From Perna viridis (Eukaryota): 64,000 nt of DNA. Made by a program: the position numbers and the translations under genes. Each line of letters begins with the position of its first letter. The first letter of the stretch is position 1. Below are positions 13,169-26,305 of the stretch, one piece after another. Below the pieces are notes generated by a model that was not told where the DNA came from, made no database searches, and was given only the letters and a program-made list of their open reading frames with translations. Location: positions 13,392,001 to 13,456,000 of the forward strand of contig CM074522.1 of the NCBI GenBank assembly GCA_037379345.1, given 5' to 3'.

Positions 13169-15155
13169 TCACAAAGCTGTTTCTTTTGCATAATGGTTCA
13201 ACCAGTCAAAAGTCTTTATCACATCTCCATGTTTATATTGCACTAATCCGGGCTTTTCTTTAGAGTTATATATACACGTTGTACATGAACAGTCTGGGCT
13301 TCCGAATGAACAGAGATTTCCAGGAATGTTATCAGATCTTGGTGACGTCATCTCGCATATACTGCAACATGTGCAACTTCTCTGGATTTTTGAAACTGGC
13401 CGAGGGGTTATATCACACATGCCAGGTAACCCACCATCAATTTTGTTTTGCTCATCGAGCTCACATGCATCAAATATTGGCACTTTGTTAAGACTCCTGG
13501 CAGATTCATTTCTGCTTATTTGAGGCGCCAATTTTCGTGGCAATGTACTAAAACGAGGTTCTTTGCAAGCCGCTACTTGAATAATTTTATGAGTACTTTC
13601 GTGCATAGACTTTGTTTTTCGGATATTCGAAGGTTTCGGTTGTCGTATCGAAATATTCGAGTCGTCTCTAATGAGTAAAGCCATAGGTCCGTCACTAGAA
13701 CTCGATGAGTCTGAGGTAGAAACGTTTCCCGGGAGCATGAACCGAGTGTTAAAAGATGAACACAAATTTTTTGAGGTATTACTTGTTGAACTTGCAGACA
13801 AAACTCGCCGCTGGTGCTGCCTCATTGTGGCTATAAAATGAAAAGAAAAATTCACAATAGACTATTGTATAAAAAACCACAGCTTTTGGCATGACGAGAA
13901 TGAATTTACAGGTATTCTGTAAGGCAGCAACTATTTGATTTTTTTTAAGAGAGTATGGATTTTTTCCGAGATACCTTTTTTTCGACTTCGGCAAAAACCA
14001 GTCATTTTTCATAAGAGTAATCAAGGGAACCAAGGTTATAGCGGTAATCAAAAGAATGTAATACAGGGACAAAGACCAGACATGGAAAACAGACATACAC
14101 AACAAAGAACATAAAGTAACTAAAATAATGCATACAAAGTAACAAAAGCAAATAAGCAACTCGGACTCCACTAAAAACTGGGAGCATGGACCAGGTGCAC
14201 CGGTAGGGTAGTCGTCCTCTGCTTTTCCAGAAACACCTACCGAGTTGCTTATAATGAGTCAGTAACAATTTATAACGTTTTTTTGAAATATGTATGACGC
14301 GTTGCCATAACGCAACGCAACTGTTTATTAAGTTCAAATGGTGCTCTGTTCCATTCTTTCAAAAGCGCGAACTCTTTCGAGAACATTTGTATGCACTTGT
14401 ATTCGAGTAACTGAAGGAGAGAGGAGAAGGACCATAATGAATCTTAAAATCATCTGATCAACAACATTTTTATGAAATTGCTCAACTCACACGGTGGCGT
14501 TTCTGATGGCATATAATGCGTCGGTCTCTTGACTTTGTCGTCGTTAACACCTGGAATCCAAGTACCTCGAGGCACGGGACGACTCGATTCATTCTTCTGT
14601 ATAATTTTTCTGGCTTTTCGAGATCTGTAGGGTGCCTTTCCATACGGAATAGGGACATGAGAGGCTTTATTTAAATCGACTACAGCACTGTCACTTGACG
14701 TTCGTCTCAGTTCAACCACTTGTCTTATCTATTCAAAGTTCAGATAATTTTGTTTTATCAATAATAAGAACAAACAATATTTATGATTAATACAGATATA
14801 TGTGCATGTACAAGGTTTTTAAAAAACAAAATACAATTCATCAGTATATCATTTTAGCAATGTATCATTAAGACAAGAAATGTTACTGATGAAAATAGAT
14901 CTATTTTCTAAGTCATTTCAGTCTGATGATATAATGTGAGATGATTGTTGTTTGTATTTTTAGAGTTTAAAGCATGCTTTTACGAGTTAAAAATTATGGA
15001 GAGCTGATATAGTTACAAAATGTGACGCAAATTGATTTGAACTAGAAATATAAAAGTCATTTACAAGTACCTTTTGGAAAACTTTTGATTGATCTGGTGT
15101 CGTATCTGCCCATGCATCCATAATACGGGTGGGTAAAAGCTCACATCTCTCCTCC
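13169..15155 (-). CDS. Uncharacterised Ser/Pro-rich protein, spliced, with two alternative terminal exons
   Basis: Exons 15155-15071 (ATG at 15121, MDAWADTTPDQSKVFQK|GT), 14728-14491 (phase-1 donor GTGAGT), then either 14410-14334 (FTRIQVHTNVLERVRAFERMEQSTI*) or 13830-13169 (long open frame ending ETAL*). Both acceptors are pyrimidine-rich and phase 1. No recognisable domain. Confidence 0.6.
14014..14254 (-). mobile_element. 3'UTR-only Penelope-like element copy, between the two alternative last exons
   Basis: Same 3'UTR; perfect 13-bp inverted repeat at 14152-14164/14240-14252. Confidence 0.85.
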
Positions 15156-16370
15156 CTGTAAATAAATGACGTATTTGATATTTTTTCTCTGAGGAGCAAT
15201 TTTTAAGTGATATTTCAACAGGAACCAAGTAAAGTCTCTTTTGAAGTTTTGAACTTTCGTATTTGTTGGTTTCAGTACATTTTCATGTAAGAGTTGGGCT
15301 GGCCCCATAGCAACGAGGATACAGCTGTAAAAAATGTTACTGAATTTTACTTAGGAAACAAACTTTCGAAATGTACTACTAAACGTTTTCTCGCTATTCT
15401 CTATATAACCAGCCTTCAGCGCTATTTCAACACTACACACTATAGTATCAAGCTCCGATGAGCGTCTGACGTTCAAAACGTACTCTAACTAACCCAAAGA
15501 TCATTATAATTACACAAGACTTGTACAACTCTTCGTTCATGCCATACCGTTATTTTTCGCTAAAAATATCAAAGTTACTTGTAATGGGAGGTAGTAATAT
15601 ATGGTTTTCCATTACAAATAATGCGATAGGAATTTCATAATGCAAAAAGAAAACAGATAACTAAAAACACTGACTGAGAACCATATTTTTTACTGAGTTA
15701 TTGAAGAATTTGTTTCATTTTCTGTGTTTCATCAGCATGTAAGCAGATTTTCAATGAAGCGCGCTAACGCTTCATATCCAAAATGTGCGATCGATCAACG
15801 CTTTTACACGCCTTTAGAAACAACATCAAAAGTGACACATCTTAGCATTCAATTTCATATGTTTCTTTTATTTTATTTCCATGAAACTTAAGATATACAC
15901 AGAAAATAGGCAAGGCATATTCGAAAGTGTATTTTATTGACTCGTGAAATATAACGTGTGCAGCCGATTTTCCAATAAGATTAGCATATTTTAACGATAT
16001 GCGCCGTAAATGTAATTCAATGAAAGGGCTCAATTACATGGTATTTATAAATGAAAACATTTTCAACAAAAATGACAACACATGATTGTTGTATTGGTCA
16101 TAAAGTTAATTTCACATAAATTTTGAAGATGTTAAGAGACAAAATGTGCAAATACGCAGTTTAAAAAAGGTTCCACGAAGAGCAGGTAGATGCGCCCGCA
16201 AAAGTCGAACCCTGAATAGATGGGGCAAATTTGGACACATTACAAGCTTGATACAAATTTCAATTTGATTGTTATTTAATATTGACACCAATTTAAAAAA
16301 TCAAAAAGAGGCTTACATTGATGTTATTGTGCAATTATAAAATCCCTCCTCTTTTATAAATAATGTTAAA

Positions 16371-17340
16371 AGAGTAATCAAGGGAACCAACATTCTAGCG
16401 GAAATCAAAAGAATATAATCCAGGACAAAGACCTAACATGGAAAATAGACGCACACAACAAAGAACATACAATAATGAAAATATTACATACAAAGTAACA
16501 AAAGTAAATGAGCAACTTGGACTCCTCTAAAAACTGGAAGCATGGACCGGGTGCATCGGTAGGGTAGTCGTCCTCTGCTTTTCCAGAAACGCCTACCGAG
16601 TTGCTTATAAAAAGTCAAGTCCAGGGTAGACGAAAGAGTTAAGGAAAACAATGACATGCTGACAAATATCAGTTTTTATAGTGCTGATGAATACACCGTA
16701 ATGATCCACGAGTTCCTGTTGACGACCATAAAACTTTTGAAGTGATGACTTCAATCTTGTAGCAACATAACCCTGTTCCAGAAGCCTAATTGTAAGAAGT
16801 CTAGCGCGATACAAAAAAGTCTGCGTAGTTACAGCAAGCTCTGGCATAACGTATGAGTTGTGATATAAAAACTCCAATATTGTAGATGCTGAAGGGAATG
16901 TCATAGATGAAAGGAAAGTTTACAACACGGAATGAAAAGTCATCGCGTTTGTCGTATAGTTTGGTCAATAGTTTTCCTTTACCATCGATCTCTACGTGTA
17001 GGTTAAGATATGAGGCTGACTTCACAGTGTCTTTAGTATCCTTTATTTCAAGTTTTTTGGGGTAGATGCGATGTATAAAATCCCCGGAACTAGATTTGTT
17101 TAACGATAATAAGTAATCTATATTGCGGAAACAGATATTAAATGATCTTGCTAAACGATGTTCCCACTTTTGGATCAGATCAGCTATAAAGTCAGCCTTA
17201 TAAGAGTAGGTCAGCAAGTAGAGGAGCACAATTTTTCTCCATTGGAATACCGAGCGTTTGTTGAAAAATGCGTCAACCACACTGGGCAAATATGCTGTCG
17301 ATAAAAAATTTCAGCATTTTGAAAACATCTTCAGTATATT
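16371..17340 (-). mobile_element. Penelope-like (Naiad-type) retroelement, 5'-truncated: RT C-terminal half plus 3'UTR
   Basis: Degenerate RT ([48 protein letters not shown]) followed by the shared 3'UTR ending CCCTTGATTACTCT. Confidence 0.85.
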
Positions 17341-20039
17341 CAAACCTCGAAAACGGAAAATCATAATTCAATAATCATAAGAAATGAAATTGATTTCTTA
17401 CTAACATCAATAGTAATTAACTGATTTTCAAAGGGAAATTACATTAAAATAAGTAAACAATTAAATAAACAATTCACTTAAGTTTCATTGACTTTGCTCC
17501 AGGAGTTTGATTAATTTCCGAATACATAAAAGCGGAAATTTATAAGAATCGAAAGGGAACTCACGTAAATAGAAGGAAACAATTCACCAAAGTTTCACAA
17601 AAATTGATGACAGCTTTTTTGAATTATTGTGCGAAGTGTGAACGACGGACGGATGGACACCGGTATATCATAATTTACGTTCCGCCAAGACAGATGGACG
17701 TACAAGATAAATCAATAAGATATCGGATGCTAATCTAATTCTATAGTTACACATTTCATGCAATACTGCTTGATAACTACGTGGTATTACTTAAATTTTC
17801 GCCAGTCAAGTTTTATTCCATGAAAAAAAAAAATAAACAGACAAACAAACAAACAACAACAACGTACATTTTTTAACACGAGTTAATAACTTGTATTCTA
17901 TTACCATTAAGGAATGACAAGACCAGATGTAAAGGGAAAATCAAAGTGAAAAAGTGCAAAAAAAATCCAAAAAAAAGTAACAATAACAAAACAAAACAGA
18001 AATTCCCCATCCAAGGTGTATAACTACAATGCCTATTACTAAGGGTACCAATAGATCAATAAACAATGAAGAGCTGTTAAAAATAAAAGCAAAACTCCAA
18101 TACAGAATAAAATGTTAAAACTGACTGGTTGGACAAATTGCACCGACGGAGTATATAAAAGTCTTCTGTATTTTATGCAGAAAAGAAACGCATCAATAGG
18201 AAAAGAGAAGTTTCGTTAAAAGGATCTAAAAAATGTGTAAAGCACATGAATAATATTTCACTTTAATGTTTCCAAAAAGTGCCAAGAGCAGTTTAGTTAG
18301 AAAAATTACTAAGTTAGATTATTTACCAACATTTTTGTTTTCTTACCGTTTTCCCTGACAAGAAGCACTCTCAAGCTGTGAGAACGAAACCATAATGAGA
18401 TCATTGAAAATTATTTGTCCCATTCCAAAGGAATTTTAAGCCTAAAATGCATTTTTTAATTAAGAGATTACTATCAGCGTACGGTTTTACTGTATAGCTA
18501 TTGTAATGTCTCGATATTAAAGCACTTGACACGGGATTTTTAGGATTTTATAAATATCGCAAAATCTGTTTCAAAGGCTTATTGGGCTTTTATTTACTTT
18601 AAAGTAAGAACAATATTTGTGTAAATTAAATGTTCGCTTTTATTCGACTGGATAAACAACATTTCCCATTGTCAAATTTTACTTTTAAATTTATTTATTT
18701 TTCAATTAAATTTTTATATTAGAACGACTTTAAGAGTTCGTGCACATCTCTCAAACTGGTCAGTCCATATCTGTTCAATTCTTTCTTTACAAACAATTCA
18801 AATATTTGCAATGAACTGCAACATATAACAACAATGTTTATCAACGTCAAACATAATTTAGTCTTAGAGTATATACGTGTATTTAAAAGCCAGTTCAGGT
18901 CAATTTTCACTTCATAAATATATTATGATTGTATAATTAGTAGATTCAACACAAGAGTTCTAGAATATTTTGTTTAGTTATAGATATAATCCAACTTCTT
19001 ACGATTACCAATATGTATACTAGTATACGTCTCTGTATTAGACAAATTACCACAGTTGCTATCTCATAACACTTGGCCCTCCCTCCCCTCCGAACATTTT
19101 ATTAATGTTTTTCTCTATTTAGAATAGTGCCAAATATCGGCAAAAAATACCGAAGCGTCAGCAGTGAGGTGATTCAAATACAAGTGTTAAAATCCAAAGA
19201 AAACATGGCTGAACTGTAAACACATAAAGCAGAGACGATCTTCATACACAAATGTACCGTACCGAATAAAAAAGATTACACATAAAAACTGAAGATTAGG
19301 AAAACAATAATTCACATAATTAAAAAATAAAACACTCGCAATATGAACTGCCACAAAAAACCAGGAGTGACATCAGGTGACCCGGAAGGGAAAGCATATA
19401 ATTATGCTTATTGCTATATTACAAGTGAGTATAATCCAGCTATAACCTATCGACAATAATGCAGCTCTGTGATACGTGTCAAACACTATTCACACTAGCT
19501 AAGGAGAAATAATTAATTTCAACCAAGTGTCATGATATAAACGAAGTACCCCGCCCCTCCCCCGCCGTCCTCGATGTTACAAATAATAAATTTCTTTTTA
19601 TTTTATTGTGCTTGAATTTTATACTTTTTTATACTTTCACTAAAATCACTAGTAGTTTATCAAGTTATCACACGTAACAATGTCATCAAATAATAAAATA
19701 ACAAAACTAAAAACAATAAAAAAAAATACATAACAAAACGACAAAAAAAACCAAAACAAAACAATATCTCCATAAAAACTCAATTTGGTTTGATAAAGCA
19801 AGAATTCCTAAATAAAAAAAATGTGTATGCATGCATGGTTCGGGGAGGGTGTGTTTGGGGAAATTCTTTACTCACATTTTACAGGCGGTCTCATTATTTA
19901 GTTCCTATATATGAGTATGTTATGAGTAAGTCAAAACTGTAGTGAGTATGGTAAAAGCTTGCTAATTTTTCATCAAGAACCTTCAACGAAGAAGAGTTAG
20001 ACGATTTTAAAAATTTTCCTATTGTTATTTTACTAAAAC

Positions 20040-20220
20040 GCTGTCTACATGCATTTACTGCATTGAACATATTGTAAATTTAATTTCAATTACACTTAGT
20101 AATTTGATACAATATTCAAAGGGTAAACATCTTATAGAATATGGAAGGCCGTGTATACCTTGTCCACGAAGTAGAAATGAAACAGGCAAATCAGTATTTA
20201 TAACAGTTTTACTACACTTA
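20040..20220. repeat. Dispersed repeat; second copy near 24997-25190
   Basis: Shared CTGTCTACATGCATT..TAATTTGATACAATATTC..GAAGTAGAAATGAAACAGGCAAATCAGTATTT. Confidence 0.75.
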
Positions 20221-20486
20221 TTAGGACCAATCCCACCCCACACCAAAAATAATTTCTTATACCGTGTGTCTAAAAAATGTTCTTATCTATTGTTAAGATC
20301 TTTACCAACCCCCCCCTTCCAAAAATAAAAAAACCAACTAAAAACCAAAAACAACAAAAACACACAGAAACACACACATAAAAACATAAACATTAACAGA
20401 AATGAAACAAAAGCAAACATAATCAAAACAAAACAATAGACCAAAATTTCTAAGGTATATTTAATGAGTTGGTACTTATTACTTAC

Positions 20487-20512
20487 TCGTCAGAGATAGG
20501 TACAATCTTCAT
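20487..20512 (-). CDS. Possible upstream first coding exon of the 13169-15155 gene (MKIVPISD)
   Basis: ATG..GA|GTAAGT phase-2 donor matches the phase-2 acceptor at 15155. Very short, so it could be chance. Confidence 0.2.
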
Positions 20513-22163
20513 CGTGAATTATCGATGGTGAAGTTGTAATAACAAATGCAGAATAAAGTTTGTAAAACACGCATACATGTACATGTAATTCTAAGCTTAA
20601 TTGTCATCCTGGTTGTGCATGCTCCATTTCTAATAGCAACCACGACAGACCCCATCAGAGAAGAAAGTAACAATGTAGGAAAAAATGTAATATTTCTGAT
20701 AAAGAGTAACCGAGGCATTTAATTACTTATAGTTATACTCGTAAATCAATTCAATATTGAAATCTACAACTGATTACAATTCGATTAAATGCATTTATAA
20801 GATAGCACGCAATGTTCAATAGATGTTAACGTCGATATTGCACGAATGGTCAGGGAGGGGTGAAGTGTTTTCAATGATGTGAATTATGTAGAATAATTAG
20901 AGAGGATGACAACGACATGTTCAATTTAATATACGCTGTTTTCGGTAATTTATATACCTATTTCATCATAATCATATCTAAAAGGGACGACCCGAGCCCT
21001 CTTTCAGTCCTTACTAAATAGATTTTCAAAAAAAAAAAAAAAAAAAAAGAGTTATACTTTGTGAAACTAATCGGAGAGTAATGTATTTTTAATGGAATAT
21101 TTAGGATAATGGTTTTTGGTTCCCTTTGTAAATCCCCGCTACTGTTCATATGTACCATATGAGCCCTAACACAAAAGCAAATAATCGTTAGTTAAAAAAA
21201 GTCAACCCTTTTTAGTCTCTACAACTTGGTCTAGTCTTGCCTCAATTATTTTCATTCAATTTTTAAAATACATATACGATGTCTTTGTCGTTCAAGAGTG
21301 ATGTTTTAATGACTAATGCAATATTTCCAATCCATGAATTACTTTGCTCTATCGCATCAAACACATTTTTCCCCTGCATTTAGATTTAAAATTTATTATC
21401 TAGTGTCAATTTTGGTACGAAATTCTGATATGACAACTTGATAACAAGCATGTTGATTTTTTTTCAAATGCACCAGCGACACATTAGAGATCTTTTCCCG
21501 ACCGCAATACTTGAAACTTCACGACAATCATAAAACTACTTGAAGACGAAGGAACATTGATCCAACGTTGCAATGTCTGCTTTGATCCCTTGCATTTAAA
21601 TGCATGGTAAAACTACAAAAGTATTTTATTATAATTTTCAGCATTAAGCACATTCAAAGTATTGTTACAGGGACCCCAAGTATAATTTGACCAAAGAAAA
21701 AGGGTAATTTAAATGAAAATAAGCCATACACCACAAAACGACGGCATTACATCTACCATTTTGACAGTAATTGAGTAGTTTGGCGTGAATTAGTTAAATT
21801 TGTGGACTATCTTTAAATCTGATTTCATAAATTAATTCCATATTTAAAAAATAATTATTGAAATGATGACGTATTAAAAGAATGAGAGTATAGTTTCACC
21901 AAAAGGGAAAGCATAGCTATTGGAAATCATTCAAGAACAGATTATATAAGAGAAGGGCGTTTCAAAAGATTCTATGTGGGTGCATAATACAATCATTAAT
22001 TGAACTCGTTTCTATTGTAATATATACGAACAGCAACCATAGAGCAAATATTATCATGCGAATACTATGGAGTTTTATGGTTTTATCCTTCTGCTTTTAA
22101 GGTTTTAAGTATCCTTAAAAATGGTCAAGGTCAGGAGATATTGTGACCTAGAAATACACTTTC

Positions 22164-22269
22164 CAGTTGTGGATACAGGGAAGGAGGTTCCGGGGACTAA
22201 AAAATTTGGACAAAAAATGAGCAAAGTCTGTCACCTCCCTTTTCTGGAACCTCTCTGGATCCGTCCTTG
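22164..22269. mobile_element. Short CAGTGGCGGATCC-type MITE, perfect 5-bp TSD CTTTC
   Basis: Degenerate TIRs; CTTTC at 22159-22163 and 22270-22274. Confidence 0.6.
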
Positions 22270-23777
22270 CTTTCAAGAATGTCAACATGCAAAATATGTA
22301 TTAAATATAATTTAGTCTTTTATTGCAGGTAAATTACAACATTTTACAATCAAACTTTGAAAATGTAACGCAATTACATTACTTTTACACGTGTTTTAAG
22401 GGTTTCTTTACATTAAAGTTATTTATGTTTTGGGGATGAAAATATATTAATCTGAAAAGAAACGAAAATTTCAAATAAACAAAAATTAGAAAAAAATTCT
22501 GAAAAACTCGTATCAAAACTGCACATGTTCCAAAAGCTACAGCTTGTAATGAAATAACACCGTTTCCGTCCTAGTGACCATATGGACTTATCTGAAATTT
22601 ATTCAATTAATTCAGAAATTCAGGAATCAAAGTAAAAACCTTTTTTTTTATTAATAAAACTGGTAAAAACTTGTATATTTTACGTTTTAAATATAAAGAA
22701 GGCCAACTTATCGTGTTAAAAATCGCAGAATACGCTACAATGGTTTTATTTTTCTCCCTAATACATTGTATGTTGAACACAGTCAAGGGAGAACAAAAAT
22801 GGAGGGAAAAGAAAATTAATTTAACGGTATTTTTTTGTAATTTTAACACTTACACCAAAAACTGTGATTTCTGGAAGATAATAACATAATTAAATTAAAC
22901 AATGTGGAATACCTATACTTGTAAACGGGGATACCAACTCCTTCTCCCATGGCATGCAGAAGTGATACATGCAGGTCAAACAATGAAGATGATACATGAC
23001 ACTTATTAAAAAAAAATAAATAGAAAAAAATAAACAAAAAATAAACATGAATGACCAACCTTTTTAGTAATATTCCATTCAAACACATGTAAACAAACAG
23101 AAACTTTTAATTTGAATGGTGATAATCCCTGATTTATTGTTACTAGTGATTTCCGTGGGCCAGACGTGCGTTATGATCCGATTAAATTATTTTAATTTCA
23201 GGTGCACGTTATTATTCTATTTGTACTTTATTATTTCAACGGGTTAGTTCTTTGTTTGGTGTCCAAGGTTGACCGAGGAACAGCGTGAGTCAATGTAACG
23301 AATGATGTGCTTAATGCTTTGTTGCCAGAGAATGTCATTGTATTCATAAAGTTATAAATGTACATTTGTCCTCTGTATGTAGAACAACGTAGATTATACA
23401 TAGACAATCTTCCAGATACTGGGGAAGATCGGATAACTATGACTTTATTTGGTAGCGCAATACTTGATAACACCAATAATTACATTTTATTCAGCACTCG
23501 GGTCGACCGTTTAGACTGATCCAAATACCTTTGGCATTTTTTTCATTTTGTGATATCCCCTCTCGACGAGTCAAGAGTTGTATAGTAATCCTCGTTTCCG
23601 TCCATCACATTTCGGGTTTCCAAATAACAGTTTAACAATTTCTAGACAACTATAAAACCATCTAATTTAACATATAAATCTAAATGAGTCATTTTACTGT
23701 GGAGACAGAAACGATTTCTTTGACTTTCCAGAATGTGCCACTTAATGGATGCCCCCAACCCCGCGTTGGAAGACCGG

Positions 23778-23910
23778 CAGCGACGAATCCAGAGAGAAGG
23801 GGGTTCCGGGGTTGACACCACCTTGTTTGTTTTTTTGTTAATTTCGTGCAAACTTAAAATGAGCAAATAGCCTGGAAGCCCCCTTTTAAAAACACTGGAT
23901 CCACCCAGTG
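23778..23910. mobile_element. Short CAGTGGCGGATCC-type MITE
   Basis: Degenerate TIRs; flanks ACCGG/ATCGG. Confidence 0.55.
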
Positions 23911-24221
23911 ATCGGTTATGGTATAATATAGCTAGGAGTCTTGATTTCAATTGCACGTTTTTGTTCCATTCCCTATTTCCAACAGTGCTTAGAGGTTATC
24001 TGACAAGCTATTTACGGACTTGGTGTCAACCTTAAGTTGAAGTATGGAGGAATGGAATTCCTATTCCCAACGTTGTGGGTAATGCTCGAAGCCGAAATAA
24101 ATATGAAATTCAGGGTGAACAAGTTTAGCCTCTGAAGACAGGGCTATATAAAATACTCCCTAGTGTAAGAGACATGGCACTGCTTATACAATCATGCTGT
24201 GTTTCCCAATACAATCTTTTA

Positions 24222-24751
24222 GCCCCGTGCAGGTCCGGGTGTTAAAAGAATAGGCCTGCAGCAGCGCTAAGCTTGTCGTAAAAGGCGACTAAATAGTGCT
24301 CAGAAACCTAGCCGGGGGTTAGGCGCTCTGCCCACAGAGCAACTGGGATGTGTGCCCCAGGTGGTGGAATGGGGTACCCTTGGCATTTTACATGCTGGGG
24401 CTGTCAGGCTATAATACGGAAAACCTGACCGCAAACCATAGTGGTGCTCCGTGTTGGGAAAGATGTTCCTTGCACGTTAAAGAACCCTGCTGTGGTATTC
24501 GATGGGAGTAGGAACCTTTGCACTCCGCCACAGGAGGCTAAATTGCCCGACCCTACCCATCTCTCCCTTTTTCTAGTGGCAATCAAAATTTGTGGACCCT
24601 ATTATCCTTGTGTCCCATGCCTTTTTTCATTTCATCTTCATTTCATGTTCATTTCATGTTCATTTTATCATCCATTTCATGTTCATCGTCTGAGTATGGC
24701 TGAAATATTGCTGCTCGGACGTTAAACCCCAACAATAAATCAATCAATCAA
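24222..24751 (+). mobile_element. SINE-like non-autonomous retroposon, ~530 bp, apparently full length
   Basis: Perfect 16-bp TSD CCAATACAATCTTTTA (24206-24221, 24752-24767); (CAAT)n tail; second copy at 47575-48093; internal CACGTTAAAGAACCC..TATTCG..GAGTAGG resembles the Deu/Nin SINE core (from memory). Confidence 0.85.
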
Positions 24752-25627
24752 CCAATACAATCTTTTAAGGCGAAAACCCAAACGATGGCACACAGTCACC
24801 AATTGGAATTCACAACCAGATACTTATCAAATACTTACGTCGCATAATGATGTGTATATAATGAAGAGGTGGAGTGTTTTACATGATATTGAGCACAGGA
24901 AAACTGATGGACATTGAACCTTGATTAAATAACTGTAAGAACTTGGAAGATTAAATCAAATTTAAAAATCTGGAGTATTATTTGTCGATTCAGTTACTGT
25001 CTACATGCATTGACTGACCTGAACAAAAAGTAAATAAAATGTCAATTATACTGTTGGTAATTTGATACAATATTCGAAGGACAAACATCTAATAGAATAT
25101 GGAAAGCTGTGTATACCTTGTCCACAAACAGGGCTGACTGAAGTAGAAATGAAACAGGCAAATCAGTATTTAAAACAGTTTTACTACACATATTATCTAT
25201 AGCATACCATACTGTGCAAGACTTGAACATATTGAAAAATGAATGTTTTCACCCTTAATGGTGATTTAAACCAAACTTTTTAAATGCACGAAGGAGGAGG
25301 TATGAAAAGCTCTATGTGTGCCCACTTTAGAGAAACCTATAAAGGATAGTTGACAAAAGTTTCAATCTGAATTGAAAGTTTGTTATGATAATAAAGTCAA
25401 AAGGTTTTCAACAAATGATTTACCTTGGGCACTCATTTTTCCAATTATTTGGTCATTAAAAAAAACATATTTGATAAAGATAACAAAACCAGTTTGTCCA
25501 GTTATTTGATAATCTGTTGAAGACTTTTTAATACATACAATGACAATATACATTTCCTGTGTATTTGAACTTAGTGGTCCAAAATATGACTTACTCTACC
25601 ATAACCTTTAATATAGCTTGGTCATGC

Positions 25628-26305
25628 CAATGGTATTATGTAATTTTAAATACAACAAAGACAACTTCCCATTTCATCTGTTCTTAACTAAGTGGTCAAA
25701 AATAGGGCTTACTTTACCCCATCCTTTCATATAGTTTTTAATTCATTGCTGGATGATGTCAATGGTATTATGTTATTTTAAATACAACAAAGACAACTTC
25801 CCATTTCATCTGTTCTCAACTAAGTGGTCAAAAATAGGGCTTACTTTACCCCATCCTTTCATATAGTTTTTAATTCATTGCTGGATGATGTCAATGGTAT
25901 TATGTTATTTTAAATACAACAAAGACAACTTCCCATTTCATCTGTTCTCAACTAAGTGGTCAAAAATAGGGCTTACTTTATCCCATCCTTTCATATAGTT
26001 TTTAATTCATTGCTGGATGATGTCAATGGTATTATGTTATTTTAAATACAACAAAGACAACTTCCCATTTCATCTGTTCTCAACTAAGTGGTCAAAAATA
26101 GGGCTTACTTTACCCCATCCTTTCATATAGTTTTTAATTCATTGCTGGATGATGTCAATGGTATTATGTTATTTTAAATACAACAAAGACAACTTCCCAT
26201 TTCATCTGTTCTCAACTAAGTGGTCAAAAATAGGGCTTACTTTATCCCATCCTTTCATATAGTTTTTAATTCATTGCTGGATGATGTCAATGATATTATG
26301 TAATT
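25628..26305. repeat. Tandem repeat, 132-bp unit, about 5 near-identical copies
   Basis: TACAACAAAGACAACTTCCC recurs at 25651, 25783, 25915, 26047, 26179. Confidence 0.95.

Noticed and set aside
24441-24725. ORFs shared by the two SINE-like copies (also 47649-48071)
   Set aside because: Different starts and indels between copies and no recognisable domain; most simply chance open frames in a GC-richer repeat.
25628-26305. CRISPR-like array
   Set aside because: Whole 132-bp units repeat with no unique spacers, and the context is eukaryotic.
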